Positions 1 through 9,146 of a stretch of 64,000 bases of DNA are shown piece after piece; within the stretch, counting starts at the first letter, position 1, and every line of letters begins with the position of its first letter. This stretch comes from an uncultured Isosphaeraceae bacterium. GTDB lineage: Bacteria > Planctomycetota > Phycisphaerae > Phycisphaerales > SM1A02. The stretch spans positions 1,385 through 65,384 of the forward strand of contig CAZXGD010000012.1 of assembly GCA_964640485.1 (NCBI GenBank). The letters run 5' to 3'. Below the pieces are notes generated by a model, which ran no database searches, was not told the DNA's origin, and was given only the letters and a program-made list of their open reading frames with translations. The position numbers and the translations under genes were made by a program.

Positions 1-1
1 C

Positions 2-1123
2 AGTGATCGCCGGGCAGAGACGCTTGGCGTGCAGCTTGGTGTGCCAGCCGAGTTGCGCGCGGTACTTGAAGTGATGGCGGCTGATGCGCAAGCGGAATGG
101 GACGCACAAGTAAAGCCCATGCGTCAAAAGCTGGAAGCCAAATGGGACTATGAACTCTCCGTATCGCGTGATCCACAGGCCGCGTGGCTTGCCGAACAAA
201 AGCGCGCGGCTGATGCGCGAGTAGAAGCCTTGCGGCTGTGCGCCGCCGTTGACCAACGCTTTTTTGACTCGCTCCGCGCCGCTTTGCCAGATGGCGCGAG
301 CCACCACGCGCTTGCGTTGGCAGAAGTTCTTCCTCGGGTGGAAGAGTGTCTGGGCACGCAGTGGAATGTTCGCCCTGGCATTCGCTCAAACGTCATCGCA
401 TTGGCTTTGGATGCGCCCGTCTCAGCCCCGACACGCGCATTGCTTGTTCAAGAGTTAGCCCAATCCGCCGCGCAATGGCGGGACTTGACCTCAAAAATGT
501 TGCCGGCTAAGTTAGCCCTGTACTCCCTGAATCGAAGCGGTGTGGCATGGGAAGTTCAGCAGGGCCACGCCACCTCAGACGTAGCCAATCACGCCGCGGC
601 CGTTCAGGAACAAGTGGCGCGGGCTACAGAAAGCTGGAAGGCTGCCGAAACCGATGCCATTCACAGGCTCACCGCACTGATTCCGCCCCATGAATTGGGC
701 GCATGGGAATCCTGGGTGAAAGCCACTCGCTGGCCGCAGATCTATCCAGAACTGGCGAGCCTGCAGCGCGCTGCGCACCAAGCCCTGATTGGCGTGGAAG
801 GTGCAGACGAGATCCAAGCCCGGGTGGATGCTCAGATTCAATCCGCGCAGTCCGCGATCGGGCGCTCGGGTGACCGCGTACTTGCGATCGTGCAGGCCGA
901 ACGTGAACAACCGCCGTGGGTCTTGGATTGGGACCCTGCCTTTCGTGAGTTAGGACTCCGGCTCCGTGCGCCCACCTCGTGCAATCAAACACGCCGAGCG
1001 CTGGCCTTCGAGTCCGTCTGCCTGCTTGTGCCGCCGCAATGTGCGCGCAGCATTCCCGGCGCGCGCATGCTCGGGCGACTCGCAAGGCCCGCGGACACTT
1101 CCGTGCAAGCGCCGGCACCGTAG
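2..1123 (+). CDS. hypothetical protein, probably 5'-truncated by the window edge
   Basis: The ORF track gives 29..1123 (GTG start), but the same frame is open back to nt 2. The sequence is Ala/Gln/Leu-rich and helical-looking, with no recognisable motif. Confidence 0.45.
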   Translation, partial: SDRRAETLGVQLGVPAELRAVLEVMAADAQAEWDAQVKPMRQKLEAKWDYELSVSRDPQAAWLAEQKRAADARVEALRLCAAVDQRFFDSLRAALPDGASHHALALAEVLPRVEECLGTQWNVRPGIRSNVIALALDAPVSAPTRALLVQELAQSAAQWRDLTSKMLPAKLALYSLNRSGVAWEVQQGHATSDVANHAAAVQEQVARATESWKAAETDAIHRLTALIPPHELGAWESWVKATRWPQIYPELASLQRAAHQALIGVEGADEIQARVDAQIQSAQSAIGRSGDRVLAIVQAEREQPPWVLDWDPAFRELGLRLRAPTSCNQTRRALAFESVCLLVPPQCARSIPGARMLGRLARPADTSVQAPAP

Positions 1124-1144
1124 ACCGTAGGTAGCCTCAGCACC

Positions 1145-1768
1145 ATGCCATCTGCGTCTCTGCCGCACGCGCCTTCGCCCCGCGCCTACCCGCTGCCGGT
1201 GATAGGCCTTGTGGGCGGAATCGGCAGCGGCAAGAGCACCGTAGCCAAGATGCTCGCCGATGAGGGCTGCATGGTCTGCGACAGCGATGCCCTGACGCGC
1301 GAGGCTCTTGCGGATCCCGCAATCGCAGCGCAGTTGCGCGCATGGTGGGGTGATGCCGCCGCAGATCGCAAGCAGTTGGCTCATCTGGTCTTTCAGGACG
1401 CCACCAAGCGCACGCAACTGGAATCGGTGATTCACCCGTGGATTGAGCGCCGTCGTCGCCAGTGTTTCTCTAATCCTCCCCAAGGCACGGTGGCGTTGGT
1501 CATTGACGCTCCACTTCTCCTTGAAGCCGGATTGGATCGCCAATGCGATGCCATTCTGTTTGTGGACACCCCCCTTGATCAGCGCCAATCTCGCGTGCTT
1601 TCCACCCGGGGGTGGCACCCCGAGGAACTTTCTCGTAGAGAAGCTCACCAATGGCCCCTTGACCGCAAGCGCATTTCCGCGCATCATGTACTGCGCAACG
1701 ATGGCAGTTCCGACGCGTTGCGAGCGCAAGTGCGCCAGGTGCTGAGCAAGGTGCGCGCGGGCCATTAG
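1145..1768 (+). CDS. coaE: dephospho-CoA kinase
   Basis: Has the N-terminal P-loop IGLVGGIGSGKST followed by ...DSDAL.... The ~200 aa length is typical of CoaE. Confidence 0.85.
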   Translation: MPSASLPHAPSPRAYPLPVIGLVGGIGSGKSTVAKMLADEGCMVCDSDALTREALADPAIAAQLRAWWGDAAADRKQLAHLVFQDATKRTQLESVIHPWIERRRRQCFSNPPQGTVALVIDAPLLLEAGLDRQCDAILFVDTPLDQRQSRVLSTRGWHPEELSRREAHQWPLDRKRISAHHVLRNDGSSDALRAQVRQVLSKVRAGH

Positions 1769-2013
1769 GGCTTCCGGCGCATGAACGCTTCCCAGCATCC
1801 GGAACATCCCCCCCGGTTACTTCAATCTTCTTCAATTCACGGTTTTGATTCCACAGGGACTGTCCAATTGTTTGGGCCATCCATGGTGCGGATCGCAGAG
1901 CATTCGCCCTGCAACGGAGCAGCCGAGCTCCAACACTTCAATCCTTACTCGGCTAAGCGTGCGCCGCAATTCTTACCTACGCGCGGTGCGGAAAAGATCA
2001 CTTGAGGCCATTC

Positions 2014-3459
2014 ATGAGCAAGCGTCGTCGTCGTCGTAAGGGTGGTGGTGGAGGCGGAATGCCAGAAATGCATCAGCGCCATCACGCGGCCATCACCACA
2101 CCGGGAGCCCTGCCCACCGACGAGCAGTTGGAACAGGAGCTGCAACAGTTAGAGGTTGACCTGAAGGGCAAGTACGACGTTGCCAAGCGCGACGATCTGA
2201 CCTTGGGCGCACTCCAACGCATGTCCGGTGAAGAGCTGCTCAAACTGGCCAAGAAGGAAGGTCTTGAAGATCAAACACAGTTGCCCAAGCAGCAACTGGT
2301 CTTTGAGATTCTGAAAGCCCGCGCCAACAAGCAGGGCTTGATGATGGCCGAGGGCACGTTGGAGATCATGCCAGACGGCTACGGATTCCTGCGCAGCGCT
2401 GAATACAGCTACCAGCCTTCCGCAGACGACGTCTATGTGTCCCCCAGTCAGGTGCGCCGTTTTGGCCTGCGAAAGGGGCATGTGGTCAAGGGAATCATTC
2501 GGCCTCCAAAGGATCAAGAGGTTTATTTTGCGCTGCTGCGCGTGGATACGGTGAACGGCCGCGACCCAAAGGTGCTGCATGATCTGCCCACCTTTGAAAA
2601 CCTCACCCCGCTCCACCCGAACAAGCGCATTCATCTCGAAGACATCACCCAGCCGCAGCGCATCGAACCGCGCATCATTGAAATGGTCACTCCGCTGGGA
2701 TTTGGCCAGCGTGCGCTGATCGTTGCGCCCCCCCGCACTGGCAAGACGGTGATCTTGCAGCAGTTGGCAATCGCCATCACCAAGAATCATCCAGACGTGC
2801 ACGTCATTGTGCTTCTGGTGGATGAGCGACCCGAAGAAGTCACAGACTTCCGCCGCAACACCAAGGGCTTGGCTGAAGTGGTGGCAAGCACCTTTGACGA
2901 AGAAGCCAGCCGTCACATTCAGGTGGCGGAGATGGTGACAGAAAAGGCAAGGCGCATGGTGGAGTTTGGCGATCACGTGGTGATTCTGCTTGACTCCATT
3001 ACTCGACTGGCGCGCGGATACAACAACGCCATGCCTGGGTCGGGCAAGATCGGTTCGGGCGGTGTTGACAATGCGGCGCTCATCAAGCCCAAGAAGTTCT
3101 TTGGCTCGGCGCGCAACATCGAAAACGGCGGCAGTCTCACCATCTTGGGCACCGCCCTGGTGGACACCGGCAGCCGCGCCGATGAAGTGATCTTTGAGGA
3201 GTTCAAGGGCACGGGCAACGCCGAATTGCACCTGGACCGCAAGTTGGTGGAAAAGCGCACCTTCCCGGCGATCAATATCGCCGCCAGCGGTACCCGCCGC
3301 GAAGAACTGCTCCTAGACCCCAAGGAACTTGAGCTCATTGTGCGCCTGCGCAAGGTGGTGAGCGATATGAACACCGTAGAGGCCATGGAACTGCTCAGGA
3401 GCCGGGTTGCCAAGACCAAGAGCAACGCCGAATTCCTCATGACGATGGCTCTAAGTTAG
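2014..3459 (+). CDS. rho: transcription termination factor Rho
   Basis: Contains the RNA-binding motif [24 protein letters not shown], Walker A APPRTGKT and [10 protein letters not shown]. The ATG at 2014 ([15 protein letters not shown]...) is preferred over the track's TTG at 2002. Confidence 0.95.
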   Translation: MSKRRRRRKGGGGGGMPEMHQRHHAAITTPGALPTDEQLEQELQQLEVDLKGKYDVAKRDDLTLGALQRMSGEELLKLAKKEGLEDQTQLPKQQLVFEILKARANKQGLMMAEGTLEIMPDGYGFLRSAEYSYQPSADDVYVSPSQVRRFGLRKGHVVKGIIRPPKDQEVYFALLRVDTVNGRDPKVLHDLPTFENLTPLHPNKRIHLEDITQPQRIEPRIIEMVTPLGFGQRALIVAPPRTGKTVILQQLAIAITKNHPDVHVIVLLVDERPEEVTDFRRNTKGLAEVVASTFDEEASRHIQVAEMVTEKARRMVEFGDHVVILLDSITRLARGYNNAMPGSGKIGSGGVDNAALIKPKKFFGSARNIENGGSLTILGTALVDTGSRADEVIFEEFKGTGNAELHLDRKLVEKRTFPAINIAASGTRREELLLDPKELELIVRLRKVVSDMNTVEAMELLRSRVAKTKSNAEFLMTMALS

Positions 3460-3524
3460 GCCGGAATCCGTATATCTGACTGCACCCGCCCCCTGTTGGA
3501 GTTCGGGTGCCCTAGGAGAATGCT

Positions 3525-4400
3525 GTGCATAGACGCTCTACCAGTTCCCATCGACGCGCCATGACTCTTGTGGAAGCCTTGGTGGTGATCGGCATCATCG
3601 CAGCGCTGGTTGCGCTTCTGTTCCCTGCGCTCAAGATGATCCGCGGCCAGGCCAAGCTTGCCACCAGTCAGAGCAATATGCGGCAGATGTTCATGTACCT
3701 CACCAACTACTCCAATGAGAACCGTGGGTACATCGTGCCCAGCCAGTTCAATTACTCCGGAGTGTTTGGCAAGTCACTCGTTCGCAGCGCGTCGCCCGCC
3801 GGCAGCATTCCCAATATTGGCCCACTCTCCGTGGGAAGTTGGGCGGACATCTTGTGGACCACGCAAAACATCGGGCCCGTTGCGCTGGAGTACGACCCCG
3901 CCGAATCACCACCCGACCCTGATTGGAACTACCGCTTCGACTCTCCCGACTACTGGGCATATCGAGGCGCCGACGCCATTGACAAGGACATCTTTCGTTC
4001 CACGCAACCATTGATGAAGCCATTTGGAGAAGCGGTGGACGATCAGTTGCCCACTCCCTTTGGATTGGGGGCGGGTCTGCGCGAACTGGGTCAGCCTGGC
4101 TACTTTGCAGCCAATGACTTCTTTAACTCCACGGCAGGCGATTGGTACACCACGGACATGATTCGTCGTCCCTCCAACAGCATGTACTTGGTTGATTCGC
4201 GTGCGGGCGAAACGATCGCGCCCACGGCGCAAGCGTGGCTCCCCGACTCTCCGCTGGGTGAGGTTGAGTTCCGTTACATCGGTGACGTCGCCATCATGCT
4301 TTTCTTGGATGGGCACGTGACCCCGGAGTCCAAATGGCAGGACTTGGCGGAATTGCAGAACTCTCGCCCCATCCGAATTGAGCGGCTCGACCAGAACTAG
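3525..4400 (+). CDS. prepilin-type N-terminal cleavage/methylation domain protein (DUF1559 / H-X9-DG-like)
   Basis: The N-terminus RRAMTLVEALVVIGIIAALVALLFPAL has Glu at +5, and the C-terminus carries LFLDGHV. AGGAG lies 5 nt upstream of the GTG start. Ala replaces the usual Gly at the predicted cleavage position -1. Confidence 0.8.
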   Translation: MHRRSTSSHRRAMTLVEALVVIGIIAALVALLFPALKMIRGQAKLATSQSNMRQMFMYLTNYSNENRGYIVPSQFNYSGVFGKSLVRSASPAGSIPNIGPLSVGSWADILWTTQNIGPVALEYDPAESPPDPDWNYRFDSPDYWAYRGADAIDKDIFRSTQPLMKPFGEAVDDQLPTPFGLGAGLRELGQPGYFAANDFFNSTAGDWYTTDMIRRPSNSMYLVDSRAGETIAPTAQAWLPDSPLGEVEFRYIGDVAIMLFLDGHVTPESKWQDLAELQNSRPIRIERLDQN

Positions 4401-4476
4401 GAAGTTATTGGCCTGAAAGTCGCGCGGCTCTGCCCTCCGCTTGACCTATTCCGTGGTTTCGCTAGGATTGCTCCTT

Positions 4477-4506
4477 CGCCCCCCGCACAACGGGGGGCGT
4501 TTTCTA
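4477..4506 (+). terminator. intrinsic terminator-like hairpin downstream of the DUF1559 gene
   Basis: An 8-bp GC stem (CGCCCCCC at 4477-4484 pairing with GGGGGGCG at 4492-4499) with a 7-nt loop, followed by TTTTCT. Confidence 0.7.
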
Positions 4507-4512
4507 TCGTCG

Positions 4513-4584
4513 GCCACCGTAGCTCAGTGGTAGAGCACACCCTTGGTAAGGGTGAGGTCGAGGGTTCAAGCCCCTTCGGTGGCT
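4513..4584 (+). tRNA. tRNA-Thr (anticodon GGU)
   Basis: Folds by hand into a cloverleaf. The acceptor stem is GCCACCG/CGGTGGC, the D arm GCTC..GAGC, the anticodon stem CACCC/GGGTG with loop TTGGTAA, and the T arm GAGGG-TTCAAGC-CCCTT. No CCA is encoded. A tRNA-Thr just upstream of tuf is a classic arrangement. Confidence 0.93.
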
Positions 4585-4685
4585 TGGGGTTCACAGGCGA
4601 GACCGCACCTGTGTTCCCCGGTCAAGTGTCGCGGTTGAGTAGGCAACGCGCTTCGGCGCATTCAGATCACTGGAGATTCCTAGCT

Positions 4686-5894
4686 ATGGCAAAGGGAACT
4701 TTCAACCGTACCAAGCCGCACGTTAACGTGGGAACCATCGGCCACGTCGACCACGGCAAGACCACCCTCACCGCCGCCATCACCGCGGTTCAAGCCGCCA
4801 AGGGCCTTTGCGCCCCTGTGGCCTACGACCAGGTGGCCAAGGCCAGCGAGAGTGAAGGTCGCCGCGACCCCACCAAGATCGTCACCATCGCCACGAGCCA
4901 CGTTGAGTACGAGACTCCCAATCGTCACTACGCGCACGTGGACTGCCCCGGCCACGCCGACTATGTGAAGAACATGATCACCGGCGCCGCCCAGATGGAC
5001 GGCGCCATTCTTGTGGTCGCTGCCACTGATGGTCCGATGCCCCAGACCCGTGAGCACATTCTGCTTGCGCGACAGGTCGGTGTGCCCACCATCGTGGTGT
5101 TCTTGAACAAGATCGACTTGGTGGATGATCCCGAGCTGCTGGACCTCATTGAAGAGGAAGTGCGTGAGCTTCTCACCAAGTACGGCTTCCCCGGCAAGGA
5201 AATCACCATCGTTCGTGGCGCTGCATTCCCCGCGCTGCAGAATCCCAAGGATCCTGCCGCATCTGAGTGCATCACCAAGCTCATGGAGGCGATCGATACC
5301 TCCGTCCCCGAGCCGATGCGCGAGATTGACAAGCCCTTCCTCATGTCCGTGGAAGACGTCTTTAGCATCAAGGGCCGCGGAACCGTGGCGACCGGCCGTA
5401 TCGAGCGCGGCGTGGTGAAGGTTGGCGAAGAAGTTGAACTGGTGGGCCTGCGCCCCAACCAGAAGACCACCGTCACCGGCGTGGAGATGTTCCAGAAGAC
5501 GTTGGATCAGGGCATCGCTGGCGACAACGTCGGCTGCCTGCTCCGCGGCATTGAAAAGGATCAGATCGAACGCGGTCAGGTGATCTGCAAGCCCGGCTCC
5601 ATCAAGCCGCACACCAAGTTTGACGCTCAGGTGTATGTGCTCACCAAGGAAGAAGGCGGCCGTCACACGCCGTTCTTCAAGGGCTACAAGCCGCAGTTCT
5701 ACTTCCGCACCACGGACGTCACCGGTGACATCACTGAACTGGTGGGCGCCGAGATGTGCATGCCTGGCGACAACGTCACCATGCGCGTGGACCTGGGCGA
5801 GAAGGGCGTGGCCATGGAAGAAGGCGTTCGCTTCGCCGTGCGCGAAGGTGGCCGCACCGTGGGCTCCGGCGTTGTTGTCAAGATCACGCAATAA
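4686..5894 (+). CDS. tuf: elongation factor Tu
   Basis: Starts [28 protein letters not shown] and contains [26 protein letters not shown] and NKID. GGAG lies upstream of the ATG at 4686. The track ORF start at 4527 runs through the tRNA and is rejected. Confidence 0.97.
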   Translation: MAKGTFNRTKPHVNVGTIGHVDHGKTTLTAAITAVQAAKGLCAPVAYDQVAKASESEGRRDPTKIVTIATSHVEYETPNRHYAHVDCPGHADYVKNMITGAAQMDGAILVVAATDGPMPQTREHILLARQVGVPTIVVFLNKIDLVDDPELLDLIEEEVRELLTKYGFPGKEITIVRGAAFPALQNPKDPAASECITKLMEAIDTSVPEPMREIDKPFLMSVEDVFSIKGRGTVATGRIERGVVKVGEEVELVGLRPNQKTTVTGVEMFQKTLDQGIAGDNVGCLLRGIEKDQIERGQVICKPGSIKPHTKFDAQVYVLTKEEGGRHTPFFKGYKPQFYFRTTDVTGDITELVGAEMCMPGDNVTMRVDLGEKGVAMEEGVRFAVREGGRTVGSGVVVKITQ

Positions 5895-5933
5895 GCGTTC
5901 TCAGGGCTCTGAGAGCCCGAAAGGACTGGGTAT

Positions 5934-6113
5934 ATGGCAAAGAGAGCAATGGATCGCGAGTATGTGTGGCTTCAGTGCACCGAGACTGGTGACATGAATT
6001 ACCGCACGGAGATTCGCGTCAAGGGCGGCATTTCCGAGAAGGTGAAAGAGGGCTTTCAGAAGTATTGCCCTCGCTTGCGCAAGCACACGTTGCACAAGAT
6101 CAAGCGCAAGTAA
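5934..6113 (+). CDS. rpmG: 50S ribosomal protein L33
   Basis: A 59-aa ORF below the ORF-track size cutoff, translated by hand: MAKRAMDREYVWLQCTETGDMNYRTEIRVKGGISEKVKEGFQKYCPRLRKHTLHKIKRK. It has the L33-type C..T..NY..........L...KYCP..RKHT.H motif and sits between tuf and tRNA-Trp. Confidence 0.85.
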   Translation: MAKRAMDREYVWLQCTETGDMNYRTEIRVKGGISEKVKEGFQKYCPRLRKHTLHKIKRK

Positions 6114-6124
6114 CCCTGTCTCAT

Positions 6125-6197
<73 letters not shown>

Positions 6198-6236
6198 TTT
6201 CGTAAACGCGGCCCGTAGGTCGCAGGTGGAGCGCAG

Positions 6237-6662
6237 ATGTCGGAAGTCATCTACAAGAGCGGTCAGGGCTACTGGACCCGCATGATGTCCGCAGCAGCCA
6301 TGGGCATGCTGGCGTTGCTGGGCGGATACTGGATCTGGGACCGCTGGGGTGCAACCACCCATCAGACCAACGGCAAGTACATCGCCATTGCGGCGGCACT
6401 GCTGTTTCTGGCCATGGTGGCCGGAATCATGTGGTGGTACCTGGGGCACAACCATCGAAGCGTGGACTTCTTGATCGCCACCGAGGGCGAAATGAAGAAG
6501 GTGAATTGGTCTACCCGTCGTGAGATCTTTGGATCCACCGGCGTGGTGATCTTCACCATGTTTGCCATTTCAATCTTTTGCTTTGTGTGCGACCGCATCT
6601 TTGCGGCGTTCTTTCTGGCCATCAATGTGCTGGACCGCGGCGTGCTCAGCTCGGGCGGCTAA
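6237..6662 (+). CDS. secE: preprotein translocase subunit SecE
   Basis: The C-terminal segment EGEMKKVNWSTRREIFGSTGVVIFTMFAISIFCFVCDRIF matches the SecE signature (E.KKV.WP.R.E), and there are extra N-terminal TM helices. Synteny with nusG supports the call. Confidence 0.85.
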   Translation: MSEVIYKSGQGYWTRMMSAAAMGMLALLGGYWIWDRWGATTHQTNGKYIAIAAALLFLAMVAGIMWWYLGHNHRSVDFLIATEGEMKKVNWSTRREIFGSTGVVIFTMFAISIFCFVCDRIFAAFFLAINVLDRGVLSSGG

Positions 6663-6683
6663 TCCACTCACGGCGACCGAACT

Positions 6684-7532
6684 ATGGACCTGACCAATCA
6701 GAACAGCAACTCCGCCGAAGGCGCTTCGGACGAGCACGAGGTTCAGACCAGCACCACCGACAGCGGCAAGACTCTGGCACGCGGCCGCGATGCGCTCGCG
6801 CGTTCCGCAGGTCCGCGCCTGAGCGACTTTGGTGTGGAGACCGGCAAGGCTCTCCATCCAGGCGCCGGACGAAAAGGTGGCAAGAAGGCCGCTGCCGACA
6901 GCGGTGTGGCGACAGCCACCGAAGGCACTGAGGCTTCCGCCTCTGGTGGCGAGGGCGAAGAGCTGCCCATGTTCCGTCCGGGCATGAATTGGTTCGTGCT
7001 CCGCGTGGCCTCCAACAAGGAGGACTACGTGCGCGAGACTCTTCTGCGCAAGGTTCAGATTGAAGGCATGGAACGCCTCGTGGGGCGCATCATGGTGCCC
7101 ACTGAAAAGACCAAGACCTTGAAGGCCGGCAAGCAGCGCATCACGGAGACCAAGCTCTACCCGGGCTATGTGTTCGTTGAGATGCGCTTAGAGAGCGATG
7201 GCCGCATTCCGCAAGACGTCTTCTTTCTGATCAAGGAAACCACTGGCGTGGGCGACTTTGTGGGCACCGCAGGGCGCCCCACACCCATGGGCGTGGCCGA
7301 AGTCGAGAAAATGCTCTTTGACAGCTTGCCTGCCGAGGAGACTCCGCAGGTCAAGATGGAGTTTGCCGCCGGCGACGCCGTCACCATCAAGGAAGGCCCC
7401 TTCCAGAACTACGAGGGCACTGTGGAGAGCACCGTGCCCGACAAGGGAATGGTTCGGGTGCTGGTCACCATCTTCGGCCGTCAGGTTCCGGTGGAAGTGG
7501 AGTACTGGCAGGTGGCCAAGGCCGGCACCTAA
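6684..7532 (+). CDS. nusG: transcription termination/antitermination factor NusG with a ~100-aa low-complexity N-terminal extension
   Basis: The NGN domain (NWFVLRVASNKEDYVRETL...KLYPGYVFVEM) and KOW domain (GDAVTIKEGPFQNYEGTVES...IFGRQVPVEVEYWQV) are both present. Confidence 0.92.
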   Translation: MDLTNQNSNSAEGASDEHEVQTSTTDSGKTLARGRDALARSAGPRLSDFGVETGKALHPGAGRKGGKKAAADSGVATATEGTEASASGGEGEELPMFRPGMNWFVLRVASNKEDYVRETLLRKVQIEGMERLVGRIMVPTEKTKTLKAGKQRITETKLYPGYVFVEMRLESDGRIPQDVFFLIKETTGVGDFVGTAGRPTPMGVAEVEKMLFDSLPAEETPQVKMEFAAGDAVTIKEGPFQNYEGTVESTVPDKGMVRVLVTIFGRQVPVEVEYWQVAKAGT

Positions 7533-7558
7533 CTTGGCGCGGCGTAGAATGCCGCACC

Positions 7559-8167
7559 ATGTCACGAATCGCTGCAGGATTGGTCCTTGGCTGCGCCGCA
7601 CTGGGAATGGTGGCCTATGGCTGTTCCATGCCGCGCTCGTTTCCTTCCGCATCTGGGTCACAGGGGCTCTCGGCGGATTCTCCACCGCTGCCGCAAGTGA
7701 TCACACAGGCGATGAACTATGCGCACAAGGCCATCGCGCCCAAGACGGCCATGGTCTTCAACTTGCCCGTTGAAACCAATGCCGCAGCGTGGACCACCTA
7801 CGAGCGCATGCTGGAACCCGCCAAACCGATGTGTCCGGGAGACGCCAAGGTGTGGACCGTTCGCCAGGCGCGCATTGACGGAAGCGTTGCTCAGGTGGAC
7901 ATTGAATGCCCAACGCGCGATGGCTTCTACCAACTGATCACGGTTCACATGAAGGACGCCAGCGCGGGAATTGGCTACAAGCCTGAGTACATTCAGTACT
8001 GGCGGATTCCTGTGAAGGACCCCGTGTGCAACACACCCGCTGACGTGGTGGCGCGCAACTGCAAGGGCAAGACACCGATCGAAACTCCCGATGCCACCGT
8101 GGCTCCATCCGCAGGTGCTGGCAAGCCCCCCGTGAGTGGCGCCAAGACAGAGGAACCCAACAAGTGA
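7559..8167 (+). CDS. hypothetical lipoprotein
   Basis: Signal peptide with lipobox-like LVLGC / VAYGC motifs. No other recognisable motif. Confidence 0.5.
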   Translation: MSRIAAGLVLGCAALGMVAYGCSMPRSFPSASGSQGLSADSPPLPQVITQAMNYAHKAIAPKTAMVFNLPVETNAAAWTTYERMLEPAKPMCPGDAKVWTVRQARIDGSVAQVDIECPTRDGFYQLITVHMKDASAGIGYKPEYIQYWRIPVKDPVCNTPADVVARNCKGKTPIETPDATVAPSAGAGKPPVSGAKTEEPNK

Positions 8168-9132
8168 GCGGAGCGGCGCCCGCTTCTGGGGCCGCCGCAC
8201 TCGTGACGCCAACGTTTGGCGCGGCGCGTGAGATCGCCAGGGATATCAAGCTCACTCATAGCGTCTTTGCGTTGCCCTTTGCGGCGCTGGGTGCGGTGTA
8301 CGCGGTCACTCGCACGGCCCACCCCGATTGGGCGGCCTTCGCGCTCGACGGCGCGTTGGTGCTGGCGTGCATGGTGTGTGCACGCACCGCCGCCATGCTG
8401 GCCAACAGACTTGTCGACCGCCAACTTGACGCCGCCAATCCGCGCACCCAATCGCGCGCCATTCCCGCCGGTCGATTGAGTGTGTTTGCCGCGGTGGTTG
8501 CGTACGCGGTGGCGGGAATTGCATTTGTGGGCTGTGCCGCCCTCTTCGGCGCTCTGCACCAGAACTGGTGGCCTCTCGCACTGGCCGTTCCCGTGTTGCT
8601 GTGGATTTCGGTGTACGGGCTCTTGAAGCGATTCACCATGATGTGTCACTTGTGGTTGGGCGCAAGCCTGGCCCTCAGTCCGCCCGCGGCGGCGTTGGCC
8701 GTGGATCCTCAGTCGCTCACCGAAGCAGCACCCTGGTTGATGGCCGCCATGGTGTTGTGCTGGGTGGCGGGCTTTGACATCATTTACGCGCTGCAGGATG
8801 TTGAAGTGGATCGCCGTGATGGGCTCCACAGCATTCCTAGCAAGCTAGGGGTCACGCGCGCGCTGTGGTGTGCGCGGGCGCTGCACCTTGCGGCGTTCTT
8901 GTTCCTGGTGTCGCTCTGGCAGGACGTGCCTGAGTTTGGCCTTCTCTTTGGGTGCGCCGTGGCGCTGGTGGGAGCGCTGCTGCTGGTGGAGCATGCCACG
9001 GTCCACAAGTGGGGAAAACTTCGTATCGCGGCCACGTTTACAACGGTGAATGGCGCGGTGAGCCTAGTGGTGGGTGGCGTTGGAGTGGCAAGCTTGGTGT
9101 GGGCAGCCACCATGACCGCAGATGTTGGCTAG
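8164..9132 (+). CDS. UbiA-family aromatic polyprenyltransferase (4-hydroxybenzoate polyprenyltransferase-like; possibly a menaquinone/futalosine-pathway prenyltransferase)
   Basis: Polytopic membrane protein with the N-x3-D-x3-D motif (ANRLVDRQLDAANPRT) and a second Asp-rich motif (YALQDVEVDRRDG). Its GTG start overlaps the upstream stop (GTGA). Confidence 0.75.
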   Translation: MSGAAPASGAAALVTPTFGAAREIARDIKLTHSVFALPFAALGAVYAVTRTAHPDWAAFALDGALVLACMVCARTAAMLANRLVDRQLDAANPRTQSRAIPAGRLSVFAAVVAYAVAGIAFVGCAALFGALHQNWWPLALAVPVLLWISVYGLLKRFTMMCHLWLGASLALSPPAAALAVDPQSLTEAAPWLMAAMVLCWVAGFDIIYALQDVEVDRRDGLHSIPSKLGVTRALWCARALHLAAFLFLVSLWQDVPEFGLLFGCAVALVGALLLVEHATVHKWGKLRIAATFTTVNGAVSLVVGGVGVASLVWAATMTADVG

Positions 9133-9146
9133 AGTTGGCAACCGTC

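Noticed and set aside
1781-2005. A 74-aa ORF filling the coaE-rho intergenic region.
   Set aside because: Its third-codon-position GC is much lower than in real genes of this window, and it has no motif. The region is more likely the rho leader.
4527-4685. 5' extensions of track ORFs: tuf from 4527, argS to 33523, the M42-like gene to 35865, aroDE from 56171, gpx from 60992, CHAD from 8952 and rex from 25201.
   Set aside because: The extensions run through a tRNA gene or through neighbouring genes. Internal ATG/GTG starts give normal-length proteins that align with family N-termini, often with an SD sequence or a 4-nt overlap.
4680-5891. Long antisense or alternative-frame ORFs opposite well-supported genes. 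Examples are 4680..5891 opposite tuf, 2149..3231 opposite rho, 950..1807 opposite coaE, 49113..50546 opposite the RND pump, 43697..44764 and 44786..45754 opposite thiC, 55359..56366 opposite the MFS gene, 56411..57529 opposite aroDE, and 60424..61317 opposite aroC.
   Set aside because: These are typical stop-poor shadow frames in high-GC DNA. Their translations are Arg/Ala/Gly/His-rich with no motifs, while the opposite strand encodes unmistakable conserved proteins.
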